From assembly GCA_030324005.1 (NCBI GenBank), contig JARDVH010000059.1:58811879-58875878 (forward strand): 64,000 nt of DNA. Direction: 5' to 3'. Positions 52,061 through 64,000 of the stretch are shown one piece after another (the stretch's first letter is position 1; each line of letters begins with the position of its first letter). The notes beneath the pieces are model-generated. The model searched no databases. It was not told the origin of the DNA and worked only from the letters and a program-made list of their open reading frames with translations. Origin of the DNA: Negaprion brevirostris (lineage: Eukaryota). The translations under genes and the position numbers were made by a program.

Positions 52061-54954
52061 GTACATCAGCCAAGTGGTTGGACCTCCTAGCTTTGACGGT
52101 ACAGACTTCAGTGCAAGTTAGCACACACATCCTTACCGCTCTGAGGGTGATGAGGATCGGCCACCCAAATACACATCTCCACACCGTTCCACAACATCTC
52201 TATACCACCCTTGCCGAATGCAAATTGTTGNNNNNNNNNNNNNNNNNNNNNNNNNNNNNNNNNNNNNNNNNNNNNNNNNNNNNNNNNNNNNNNNNNNNNN
52301 NNNNNNNNNNNNNNNNNNNNNNNNNNNNNNNNNNNNNNNNNNNNNNNNNNNNNNNNNNNNNNNNNNNNNNNNNNNNNNNNNNNNNNNNNNNNNNNNNNNN
52401 NNNNNNNNNNNNNNNNNNNNNNNNNNNNNNNNNNNNNNNNNNNNNNNNNNNNNNNNNNNNNNNNNNNNNNNNNNNNNNNNNNNNNNNNNNNNNNNNNNNN
52501 NNNNNNNNNNNNNNNNNNNNNNNNNNNNNNNNNNNNNNNNNNNNNNNNNNNNNNNNNNNNNNNNNNNNNNNNNNNNNNNNNNNNNNNNNNNNNNNNNNNN
52601 NNNNNNNNNNNNNNNNNNNNNNNNNNNNNNNNNNNNNNNNNNNNTTCTCAACTGCTAACTGCCCGTTTCTCACCAAAACAATAGTAGCTGGCAGTTTGGT
52701 CAAAGTACTTCAGCGTTTCTTAAAAGTGAAGCCCAAGACTCGGTTGATGCAATTTTCAGGTGGGCCAGTAAATGGATGAGCAAATGTTGCTTATTTTTGG
52801 CAGGAACTGTTTAAATATGCAAATTAGAGAATTATGCCACTTGTCGGATCCCTGCCCAAATTTTCAGGAACATATGAGCAGAATGTGTACCACATAAGCT
52901 TTGCCCAATTGTATCAGATACTGCAAAGCCCACATAAACAAAACACTGAGGATGCAGGAAATCTAAAATAAAAAACAGAAAATTCTGGAAATATTCAGTT
53001 TGTTAGCCAGCATCTGTGGAGAGAGAAAGTGAGCTATCATTTCAGGTTAATGAACCACTTAACCAGCTATCAACGAGATGGATGGAGATGACTGATAAAA
53101 TGGCTGAATAAAGATTTGGGCCAGAACTGTTCAGGATTCTCTGAACACCAAATTCTCTCTCCTTGCTGGCAGCGGGAATGGAGCGTGAACAGCCAGAAAA
53201 TAATTCTGGCCTTGATTTTTACTTTTGTTGGATGAGGAAGAAAGGGAATGCTCTCCCTGAGTGCACAAAACACTTTAACACAATGTCAACCTGTACAAGC
53301 AGTCCTGCTGTCAATGGATTGCTTTCATCCGTAGGTCAGGGCTGCTAGTTGGCTCAGCATATGAGCTAACTGATTTCCTGGTATCACCCACTGTGAGCTA
53401 GAGTAGAGTGTTCAAGGCAAACATGTGGCATCCAGAAAAGGCCCAAACTGAAAATCTTTTGGAACTCCTAATAATGACATTGAGTAGACATTTGGTCTGC
53501 TGACCTCAGTGTCTGCCCAGGACAGAATTCAAAGATTGGCTTCTGTTCAGGGGAACAGCCAGAAATTCTGTCTCTTGTGTCTTTGCAAAGCCCAATGAAA
53601 CCACTGCAATCTGAGAGCTAATGTGAGTTAATTTGATTTTCTAAGTAAAGGCTTAAAAATAATCGCAAGAATAAGGTGATCAATTCTGGAGAGGATTAAT
53701 TATCTTTAATTATAAATAATTTTATTTCAATAGGAACAGAGATAAAATTAACTTGTTTTAATCTCTGAGGAAAAAGCCAAAGAGGCCAAGTCAACATCCC
53801 TGAGTGGAACAGAACAGGCATCTTTGATGTGCCTCGATAAGCAAGAACTGTCTGCTCTGTTTAAATTAATGGATTAATCTCCACGAAGTCTTCTATATTG
53901 ATGCATGCAATCTCTATTTCACCACACTTCTGCTGGTGGACAGATGCCTGAAATTATGAGACCCTTCACTGAATTTCCTTTCAGCCTAGATTTACTTCAG
54001 TATTTTCCTGTCGCCTAACAAATCATTTGAACAAGCTTAAAATTAACTTTTTTCACTTTAGCTCTGTGTGTTTCTAACATGGAATCACATTTTCAATGCT
54101 TTTCAAGCACCCTTCTTGTACCCCAAAGTCTTTCCATTCTTTTTAAAATTTCCTCTCAAAGGTCTCATCTTACAACTAGCAGTAATTTCCAACTGATGTT
54201 TATTTGCATTATCCCCTTACGTGTTTGTTTCCTTGAAAAGCCCCTTAAAATGCATTGCATAATAAAAGAGCTATCATTACTCATTTTTATGTAACTTCCA
54301 AGTTTTGATATTGCACCCAGATCCGTTCCTACCCCATTGAAATTCGCTTTCCGCCGGTTACGCTCGATTGTTTTTTGTCCTTCTCCATTATCAGACCAAA
54401 TATTATGACATTGTTTATTTCTTTTCACTCTGAGGAGGCAACACACCACTGAGGAGTTTTTGCCTCTTTATCTCGGTGTTATGGAACTTGTATTGCTGTT
54501 GTATCTCTGTGCACCCATTCTCCTTTGCCAGTAACCCTGTTTCACAATACCAAGGCAATGCTCCTGGTTGCTACCTCCACTGATTTTTATTATACAAAGC
54601 AGGTGAGGATTTCAGTCCCTAAAATCTTAGGGGCCCTTGAGGTGGAGGATGGAGGAATGAATGTAGGTGGGGCAGTACAATTTTGTTGGGGGTGATGTGT
54701 TGGCTCATGTCTGGCAATACAGGGATCCTAGGGTGGAGAGATATAAGAGACTTCTGGTGAGGGAAAGCTGGTGGTGGATGTTAGAGGACAGTGAAGGAGA
54801 TCTCAGTCCTGGCATGAGGTTGCAGGTCTAGAGTCAGGTATCAGAAATTTGGGGGATGGGGGAGGATCAGAAGTCTGTGAAGGGGATCAGAGATTGGGGG
54901 TGGTGACCTCAGGGATGGAGTGTGGTTGTTGAAGGTGCACTATTGGCTTTGGCC

Positions 54955-55415
54955 GCATGACGGTAGCTATGCTATAGGACAGAACATATATCAAGAAATA
55001 ATGGAGGCAATAGTCATAGGAGATTTTAATCTAAATATAGTTTGGGCAAATCAAATTAGTAAAAACAGCCTGGTGGAGTTCATAGAGTGCATTCTGGACA
55101 GTTTCTTAGAACAATACATTCTGGAACTAAACAGGGAACAGGCTATTTTAGACCTGCGAATGTGCAATGGAGCAGGATTAATTAATGATTTCAAGGAAAA
55201 GATTCTCCTGGTAAGAATGATCATAACACAATAGAATTTCACATTCAGTTTGAGGTGAGCAATTTGGGATTGAAGCTAGTATCTCAAAGCTAAATAAAGA
55301 CAATTACAATGATATGAAGATAGAGTTGGTTAAAGTGGAATGAGAAAATAGGTTAAAGGGAAAATGGTAGAGAAGCAGTGGTACATATTTAAGGAAATAT
55401 TTCACAACCCTCAAT
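54955..55415 (+). mobile_element. CR1 LINE endonuclease fragment
   Basis: IVIGDFNLNIVW..EFIECILDSFLEQYI..REQAILDL. Confidence 0.85.
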
Positions 55416-55930
55416 AGTGGGATGGGCAAACCACAAAAAACAACAGAGGCATCAGCAGGATTGGAAGATCCCATTGGTGGCCAATGTCAAGCCACCCCTA
55501 CTATTTCCAGGGAGCAAGATAACCCCACCCATCAAAGTTAGTTTTGGTAAGACATCTAGATGGCACACTTGCTCAAGTGCTGCCTTTGACATCAAGGGTA
55601 TTCACCTCATCACTGGAAATGAATGCTTTTGCCCATATTTGGACCAAGGCTGTTGTGAGGTCCAGAATTAAATGTTCTTGGTAGAACCCCAACAGTGCAG
55701 GTTATTGTTCTAGCCCAGATTACTAGCACAGCTCCATCACATGACTTGTGATTGAGATTGGACTGATGGGATGATAATTGAATGGATTTAATTTGTCCTG
55801 TTTCTCATGGACAGGGTGTGGCTGGGCAATTTTGAACATTTATTTTCTCAGGTTCAACATGAAATTGCAATATGTTCTGTAACAATGCAAACAAGGAAAT
55901 TTGAGAAGAATTTATTTATTTACACATTAG

Positions 55931-56017
55931 GTAAACACAAAGAATATTGGCAAATTATACAAAATTCGTATTGGACACGATAATGCGGGAGAATTCCCAG
56001 GATGGCATTGTGAATCG
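55931..56017 (+). CDS. RP1: PLAT/LH2 domain exon b (not in the ORF track)
   Basis: cattag|GTA acceptor, TCG|GTAAGG donor; 87 nt, phase 0 to 0. VNTKNIGKLYKIRIGHDNAGEFPGWHCES matches the PLAT core (IG.L.KIRIGHDN.G..PGW). Confidence 0.88.
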
Positions 56018-57049
56018 GTAAGGACTCAATGAGCAAGCTTATTTCTTCATTTTATGGAACCCTGTAGTTGAGCAAAGAGTAATTAATTTGAAAGAAACTG
56101 TGTGTGAGAACTAAATAATTCAAACAAAATATTGAAATCATATTGAATCAATTAACCTTTACACTGTGTCAATGTTAGTTATAATATATTAGACATATTT
56201 TCCTCTGCTTGTCCTTGTGAACATGAATATAAATTGGACAGTTCTGCAGATTTATTCTTTCAACCCCAGGCTCATTTGGATGTTTGAAAAGAAAGACCAG
56301 AACTGAGATGCTCACCAGCTTTACTCAATCAAACTACATCAAAGATCATTGCTGTGTGTGAGCCCTTGTATACCACAAGATATTTTATGATTTTATGATC
56401 AGTTTTTAATGCAAGCAACACGGGTCTCGCCCACTGGCTGGAGAGCCAGCAAGAGCCTCTTGTCTTCTTTTGGGAAGGCTGGCCAAATTTAGTGCTCAGC
56501 AATATACTTCCCTGAGATCAAAGAAACTGGGGGCAAAAGTTCTCCCTAAATCAGAAATTGGCAGAGGTGCATTGCAGGCAGCTCCAGTGTCATCTACCAG
56601 CCATGCAGTGACCAGGGACAGAGGACTTCAGGGAGACCCCAGGTGAACATTGACTGGTGACAGAATGGGGAACACGAAGTGGGGGCTGCAAGGAAAGAGG
56701 TTGTGCAGTTGACAGCAAGGGACTGTCTTCAAGCTCCAACCTTTAAACATGCCTTGGTTGGAGGGTGTTAAATTCCATCCTATAAGAAGTGTATCTGATC
56801 AGTTAATGTTGCTTACAAGTGAAGTGGAATGCCTTGGTACTCTAATAACTTACTGAATTGATATGACTGCCTTCTAGTCTTTGGATAGCATAAAAATAAA
56901 CTACACATCACATTTATCAAAAGCAACAATTTGATCAGAAAATAAATCCAACACTCTTGAGCTGCAGCATGAGAGGGAGATGGTGGCAAAGGCAGCAAAG
57001 AAGAAGAAAGCTGCTCATAGAGGGATAAGGAGATGAAAGGGAAGAAAGT

Positions 57050-57700
57050 CTCTGAGCTAAAGGCCTATGTGTTTTTTGGGAGGACTCCTCCTTCCTCTCC
57101 CTAAACAAAGAGCAGTGTGTTTGTTGTTTATGTTTCATAAAGAAGGTGCTCACAGAGCCAACTGTTGGAACCAGATCTGCAGTCTCAGTGCCACGTCAGA
57201 GTGGCGTTGCCAGTGGTGCTGAAAGTGGTCTAGGCCCTCAAGTTTGATGCGTCAGGATTTTTACAGGCTGGAACAGGTGACTTGGCTAACATTTAACAGT
57301 TTACAGTCCCTGTTGTATCAGAGAGATGTCAGAATGCCTGGAGAGGGAAGTTCACTGTGTGCTCTCTGAACAAAGAAATGCAAGCTCAGAGTGCATGTGG
57401 CTTTGACAGGATCTTGGACGTCCCCATGATGTAGGGTGCCATTAACTGCACACACGTATTTTTGCAGGTGCTTTGTCTCAATGCTGAGGGATATCATTAC
57501 ATCAAAGGGCACCACTCAGTCAGTATGTAGTTGGTGTATGAACATGCTCAGCATATCATCTTGGCAAATGCCTATTTCAGTCTGTTGTTCTTAGTCAGGT
57601 GGAGGAGGAGAAAGGGAGGAAGGAGCTGACATACTCATATTCTGGATGGGCTATCAATGAGCACTTTGTTTTCTTCTGGTTGCTGTGAATACAACTGTGA
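57050..57700 (+). mobile_element. Decayed PIF/Harbinger transposase
   Basis: ALKFDASGFLQAGTGD (ALNFYASGSFQ-like), GFDRILDVPMM*GAINCTHV (GFP.V.GAIDCTHV-like), then an acidic GAG-rich tract. Confidence 0.75.
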
Positions 57701-57959
57701 ATACACATTATCTAACCATTCCACATCTTTAGTGATGAACCATCACACCATTCTCTCAGCCAACTCTCTGAAAAAAAAGCCACCGTGAAACAACCATTCC
57801 ATATCAACTTTATAACAAAAAGTCCAATAATCCATCCAAAACTGGACTAATCATCCTTTTGCATTTCCTTACTGTCCATCTTGCAGGTATCTTTGCTTGT
57901 CCTGGTGCTCCTAAACAGCCTTTCTCCAGCATGGCATGTGACAGGCTACAGATTTTCAA

Positions 57960-58118
57960 GATGTAGAGTTGCCGGCATTAGACTGGGGTAGGCACAGTAA
58001 GTGGTCTCACAACGCCAGGTTTAATTCCAACAGGTTTATTTGCTAACACAAGCTTTCAGAGCGTTGCCCCTTCATCAGGTCCTGTTGGACTTTAACCTGG
58101 TGTTGTGAGACTACTTAC
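57960..58118. mobile_element. Penelope-like inverted-repeat element with hammerhead-like core
   Basis: 38-bp inverted arms 57997-58034 and 58081-58118 (34/38 match); the loop on the minus strand reads CTGATGA AGGGGC AAC GCTCT GAAAGCTT. Confidence 0.7.
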
Positions 58119-59724
58119 AGCTTTTCAATGCAAGGAGTCTACAAGCGTTCTTGCAAGATGTACTTGAGCAGCTTGGACCTTGAATGCACAACTTAAGATT
58201 GCACCACCTCGACGTGAGCAAATTTTCAACCTTGTAAACTGTGCCAAGTTGGAGCTGGACAGTGCTGGCAGGCATTCTAACAGGCCTGCCAATACACCTA
58301 GCATTTCTGTGTGTATATCCATCGATTTTTTTTTCCCTGCATAAAGCTCCAATCAAGTGCTCATCTGAGTGCATTGTAGCAGAACTCATGTGTGACCTAA
58401 CCCCACAGGGAGCTGATGTCTGTGCATTTTTTTTCTTTTTTGCCCTGACATTTTAAAAATTATTTTCTGGGATATGAGCATCAGTGGCAAGGCCAGCATT
58501 TGTTATCAGTTCTAACTGTCCTCGAGAAAGCTGCCTTCAAACTGAGTAGCTTGTTCGGTCAGTTCAGAGGGTGGTTAAAAGTGCATCTGGAGTCAGATGT
58601 CAGTCAGGCCAGGGAAGGATGGCAGATTCCTGAAGGACATTAGTGAATAAATTGCTGTCCACATGTGTCCAGCGACTCACTTGGCTGGATCTTACAAGCC
58701 TTTTCGTGAGAGGCTGGGCAGTGGATGGGTGTAAAATGGTGAGGGTGGGGTGGGGTGCCTGTCACCGCCATGCCACCACAGTGTTTTACCAATGACGGGG
58801 AAGGTGGAGGTTAGCTCTTCAACTCAGAGGACAATTGAGCTATTAACGTGGTCAAACAACGGTGTCTTCCTGCTGTCAGTGGGATTTTACCAGCTGCTGA
58901 TAGTCTCTAGGCCAATTGGGGAGGCTACCTGGTAAATGTCAGCAGTTTCCCACAGGTTTAGGTGGAGGCCCCTTCTCATTAGTCACTCTGCAGCCCATGG
59001 AGGGGCCCCTGATGGCAAAGGCCATCCCTATTTGTCTGGCCCCAGCAATCCCCAAACCCATTTACCAGTCAGGATGGTAGCATCCTTCCATGCAGTCCTC
59101 ACAGTTGCCTGCAGTCCCAGCAATGGCAATTGCTCTCAGACACTGGTGAGCTGTCTATCCTCTGATTAGCTGGCAGCTCTGTGAAATGGGCTCCTTTTCA
59201 TGAGACAATCTTCCTGATGGCACCAAGACTCCTGATAATTGCCAAATAAGTGGAGAATACTGCTAGAGTCTGACACCTGGCCAGGTGAGGTTGCAAGCTG
59301 TGAGATGTGTGTATGCTGCTTGTGCAAAGGTGAGATAATTCTATAAATATGAGGAATGAGTCATGGCTGATCAAAACTTATGGTAAATGGATGGTGTGAA
59401 TAGAACAATGGTGTTCAGTGCTGCAGTAGGTAGGATAAAGCAAATGAAGGTGCATTCATTGACCTTGAAAACTGGTGTGATGTTAGTAAATTTCTTTCAT
59501 CACAGCATTCAGGTCTTGCTGGCATTTTCCATCATGGTCACCTGCTCCCACTCTCTTCTCAGTCGACATTCTTCTGCCTAGATGATCTCCAGGCCCCTTG
59601 AGGGAAGAGGATGTCTCTCCCCTTGTATCAAGGCCTCCAAAAACGCTGTCTGATGCTCAATTTGCATAGGTTCTCTTGGTCTTCAACTCATCTTTAAACA
59701 ATTTTAGTCTCTTCTGCAACCAGA

Positions 59725-60020
59725 ATACATAAGAACATAAGAAATAGGAGCAGGAGTAGGCCATCNNNNNNNNNNNNNNNNNNNNNNNNNNNNNNNNNNN
59801 NNNNNNNNNNNNNNNNNNNNNNNNNNNNNNNNNNNNNNNNNNNNNNNNNNNNNNNNNNNNNNNNNCAACATTCGCCAATTCTTCTCTCATCCTACCGTAC
59901 TCCCCTCTGTTCAAACAAAGGACGCGTGTCCGGGAACCCACTCTCTCCTCCTCCATCTGCACCAGAAACTCCACCATACAATGATCACTCTCCCCAAGAG
60001 GATCCTTCACCACAAGTTTA
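59725..60020 (-). mobile_element. CR1 LINE pieces (tail and endonuclease end) across a gap
   Basis: (ACATAAGA)n tail; VKDPLGESDHCMVEF. Confidence 0.8.
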
Positions 60021-60278
60021 GCCTTTAGGATATGCAGCCTGGCTTAAAGTCGCGCATATTAGTTATTATTGGTGCTGGCGTCACAATATAGTTAGCAAAC
60101 AGCATGGCGTTTGCGTGCTGCCTGCATCAGCTCAAATGACCGTGGGTTAAGAGCACATTGCTACACTCAACTTTGCACATTATCTAACATAGCCCCCACA
60201 TACTTTAAACAGGAATCTTGGAATGCTTTGATCTTGTGTTTGTGTATCTTACTGTACCTTTCTGTTGGTATGTTGCAG

Positions 60279-60411
60279 ATCCACTTAAAGAATATTTACT
60301 CAGGTAAAGAGTATCATTTTGATGTTAATAGTTGGATGGATCAAAATCAAGATGATGGAGAAATCAGTCGAGAAGTGCCTGTTGAGGAAAACGGTAAAGA
60401 GGTCTTCCCAG
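60279..60411 (+). CDS. RP1: PLAT/LH2 domain exon c
   Basis: ttgcag|ATC acceptor, CAG|GTAAGT donor; 133 nt, phase 0 to 1. IHLKNIYSGKEYHFDVNSWMDQNQDDGEISREVPV matches the PLAT C-terminus (Y.F....W......DG.I.RE). No stop codon, so the gene continues beyond the window. Confidence 0.88.
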
Positions 60412-62671
60412 GTAAGTCTTTTTTAAAGGCACTGTTTGTCATGGAATTTTTACATGTTACTATAATGTAGGCATTTGCATTTGCTGGCCCATTATTTAAG
60501 TGTTTTACTGCTGATGAACTAAATCATTTCCTTACTTAAGTGCCCTTAACAATGGTATGTTATGATTGAATACAACATCCTGCTTATGGTGTATTTTGGA
60601 AGTTGTTGTAGTTTGTATACACTAATGTCAATCATACAATAAAATTTGAAAATCTAGGCCTCTATGTCTCATCGTTGAATATCTCTCCAATTCAACAAAG
60701 AATTGACTTGAAGGCCTCATTAAAGATAAAGCTAAATAAATTTCTCAGTCTAGAATTCATGGAATATGAGTGTCACTGACAAGGTCAGAATTTATTGCCC
60801 ATCAAACATTACCCTTGAGACAACTAGGTGGCTTATTTCAGAAGGATGGTCAAGAGTCAATCACACCATTGTAGGTCTGAAGTTACATGTAGGCCAGACT
60901 GGATAAGGACAGCAGATTTATTTCCCTAAAGGACACTAATGAACCAGACATTTGGTAATTACCATACTATGGGTGGATGTCCATCCAGCAAAGCACACCA
61001 GATCTCAGAGTGGCACCTTGCTCCTCCCAGAGAGATTCCACAGGCTTGTCAGGCCAAGGAAGGAGAGGTGAGAAAATACACTTCCTGGTGGGTTCAGGAC
61101 AGTTGATCTCTCTGGAATCATTTGTGATCCAATTTCTTCTCCATTTGATCCAGAATGGAATCACAGAATAGTTACAGCACAGAAGGAGGCCGTTTGGCCA
61201 TCATGTCTGTGCAGGCTGTCCTGAGGAGCAATTACCCGATTGCCTTCTCCCCAGCTTTATGGAACATGTGCAAGGATGCCTCTGAACATGCCTTGAACTG
61301 AATTTGAGGTGGAGGGGAAGCAATGATAAGAGGGGTATACTTCACCACCCCTCTCCACACCTCTGTCCCACCCCCAAAGTTGTTAGAATTTTGTATCAAT
61401 ATACCTGTCAGCCGGATCTCAGCTTTTGCTTTGGGTATTTCCTTCAGCTTATAATAAACAATGAATACTGTTTAGAGTTACAACAACAGTGGTTTCTTCC
61501 AGTGCAGTTTCATTCTGACAACAATACCTGAAGTGATGTGAGTGTACTATATTGGTAGTTCTGATGTGTGCTTCACAGATGCATACTGGTGGTTCATATT
61601 AGGAGAATTTTGAAGTGTCTCTGTTTGGAGCTGCTTGCAAAAGGAAGAGAAAGTTAGAGTATGGAACTGTAACCCCACAAGTGTACATGGTACATCAGGG
61701 TATAGCTTCAATTTAACTTTATTGCACTTCGTTGGAATCCATTTAAAACATAGGTTTATATGTTCTGTAGTTGATTCATTGCTAAAACATACAATTAACA
61801 TTTTCTGGTTTCAAAATCTTAAATCCCTCACAATAATGTTTTCTATTTTCTCCCCTGCTGAATATGTTGACCATTATGGTTCTGCGGTTGTTTTGCAGAA
61901 CCTTGATCAAGCAGTGAGTGTCAGTAGTCTGTTGAGGGCATGGATATGAACCTAATCCTGTTATATACATTAAGAACAAAGAACTACAAAGAACAACAAA
62001 TTAACAGCTTGAATAAAAGGAAGAATTGAAATAGGAGCTGATTTTCCCCTTCCTGAACCGTGAACATTGAGTGAAATTACCAGACCTGTCCTGACCAAAA
62101 TCAGCCAGCTCAGCATATGCATAGCTCACATGCTATACTGGGCAGAGTTCATATTTATAAGACCATTGTAGGAACTTCATCAAATAGTTTGAAAGCAGAC
62201 TCGAAATACAATATTTTAATAATTCGATAATATTTTATACTTGTGAAAACCAAAACCAAAATATCTTATACTGGTGAAAAACAAAAATTCTGTTCCAATA
62301 AATTTCTGGCCTTTTTTTGGTTCCTTCATGAATGTCTTTTGCCTGGCCTTTTCTAAGGTTAACATAACTTTTGGGTGCAACATGGATGTGACCTGCGGTT
62401 TTCCTGGAAATTGCACTAGTTATATCTCCTACATGTGAGATGTGTAATTGTTATTGCATGAAGCAAGCACATTTGCCACACGTGAACCCTACAATACTTA
62501 TCTCGAGTGACAATCAGTTCCATTTGTATATGGATCTTGCAGATAGGGAGCCGCAGTGAACTAAATCTTTGGCTAACAGATTCTCAGTCAGACTGACCGA
62601 TGTTCCATCAATGCCTTAGTGGTGCTATTATTGGTATGATTTTGACCCCTAATAGACAATACCATGCCGTA

Positions 62672-62946
62672 GGGTGGCATGGTAGTATAGTGGTTAGCAC
62701 TACTGCTTCACAGCACCAGGGACCAATGTTCAATTCCTGGCTTGGGTGACTGTCTGTGTGGAGTTCACACATTCTCCCCGTGTCTGCCTATGTTTCCTCC
62801 GGATGCTCAGTTTCCTCCCAAGTTCTGAAAGATGTGCTGGTTAGGTGCATTGACCCGAACAGATGCTGGACTGTGGTGACTGGGGGAATTTCGCAGTAAC
62901 TTCATTGCAGTGCTAATATAAGCCTTACTTGTGACTAATAAATAAA
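62672..62946 (+). mobile_element. tRNA-derived V-SINE (HE1-like)
   Basis: Same head, core and tail as the copies at 18500 and 30254. Confidence 0.9.
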
Positions 62947-63319
62947 TTTTTTTAACTTTAAAAATGTGCACTTGCTATGCCAAGGCACGCAATTTGCTGG
63001 AAAGTGGAATTTGTCAAGCTGGTCAGGTGATTTGTCTTTGACCAGCATGGGCATGATGGGTTGAAAGGCCTTTTTCAGTGCTGTAGACCTCTATGACTCT
63101 ATGGGTAGAATTTTCCCATGGGAATCATTGTGGGTTGGACACGGGCCGTGTAAAGGTCTATTGACCCGCGGTGAAATTTTCCACCATTGGAGTGAGCATG
63201 CCTGNNNNNNNNNNNNNNNNNNNNNNNNNNNNNNNNNNNNNNNNNNNNNNNNNNNNNNNNNNNNNNNNNNNNNNNNNNNNNNNNNNNNNNNNNNNNNNNN
63301 NNNNTGAATGCTTCCTCTT

Positions 63320-63588
63320 GGGCAGCACAGTGGTTATCACTGCTGCCTCACAGCGCCATGGATCTGGGTTTGATTCCCAGCTTGGGTCACTGTCTGTGCA
63401 GAGTTTGTACAATCTCCCTGTGTCTAGATAGATTTCCTCTGGGTGCTACAGTTTCCTCCCACAGTCTCAAAGACATACTGCATTGACCCAAACAGGCACC
63501 AGCGTGTGGCGACTAGGGGAATTTCACAGTAGCTTCAATGCACTGTTAATGTAAGCCTTACTTGTGACTAATAAATAAACTTTAACTT
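63320..63588 (+). mobile_element. tRNA-derived V-SINE (HE1-like)
   Basis: Same family; tail GTAAGCCTTACTTGTGACTAATAAATAAAC. Confidence 0.9.
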
Positions 63589-63589
63589 T

Positions 63590-63900
63590 CTTGAGGGGCA
63601 TTCTAGGACGAGAGGTCAAAATTTTTGAATAAAGAGTAGCAAATTTAAAACAGAGTTGAGGAGAAATTACTTCACCCAAAGGTGAATCTGTGAAATTCTT
63701 TGCTCAAAGTGCAGTGGATGCTGGGACAGTGAATAAATTTAAGGAGCAGTTAGGCAGATTTTTTAATGGTAATGGGTTGAAGGGTTATGGGGAGAAGGCA
63801 GGAAAATGGAGATGAGGAGCATGTCAGCCATGATAGAATGGCAGAGCGGACTTGATGGGCCAAATAGGTTAATTCTGCTCCTTTATCTTAAGAGCTTATG
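63590..63900 (+). mobile_element. CR1 LINE 3' end
   Basis: GHSRTRG..FKTELRRNYFTQR..LKGYGEKAGKW, followed by a CR1-like 3' UTR. Confidence 0.8.
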
Positions 63901-64000
63901 AATTGTCCCTGGTGTCCCTGCCAGTATTTATTCCTGAACCAAAACATCACTAAATCATTATCTGATCTGTTTGTGAGGTGTTGCTGTCCACAAATTAGCT

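Noticed and set aside
48696-60411. Independent LOXHD1, lipoxygenase or PKD1-like gene
   Set aside because: No start exon is evident, and the first exon is phase-compatible with RP1 exon 3 on the same strand. Not fully excluded without transcripts.
1-64000. CRISPR arrays, operons, rRNA or prokaryotic systems
   Set aside because: No regularly spaced repeat-spacer arrays or gene-dense blocks; this is intron-rich vertebrate DNA.

Overview
Eukaryotic, repeat-rich draft-assembly DNA from a cartilaginous fish, most likely a shark (HE1/V-SINE-type SINEs, abundant CR1 LINEs, many N gaps). The one protein-coding locus I can support is RP1 (oxygen-regulated protein 1 / retinitis pigmentosa 1) on the + strand. 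Two doublecortin (DCX) exons (19055-19693, 29395-29548) splice in phase to a giant terminal exon (34072-40122). That exon is split only by a false 100-N gap; repaired, the CDS is about 2237 aa. Downstream, three small in-phase exons (48696-48856, 55931-56017, 60279-60411) encode a complete PLAT/LH2 domain. Their entry phase matches the exon 3 donor, implying a second DCX-DCX-PLAT(n) isoform that skips the big exon and continues past the window. Upstream are a CpG-containing promoter-like region near 12.65-13.0 kb with ZNF143- and RFX-like motifs and outward-facing splice donors, a perfect X-box at 15265, and CRX/OTX-type TAATC clusters. The rest is decayed CR1, Gypsy, Harbinger, Penelope-like and SINE sequence. 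Family assignments are from recalled motifs, not database searches, and repeat boundaries are approximate.
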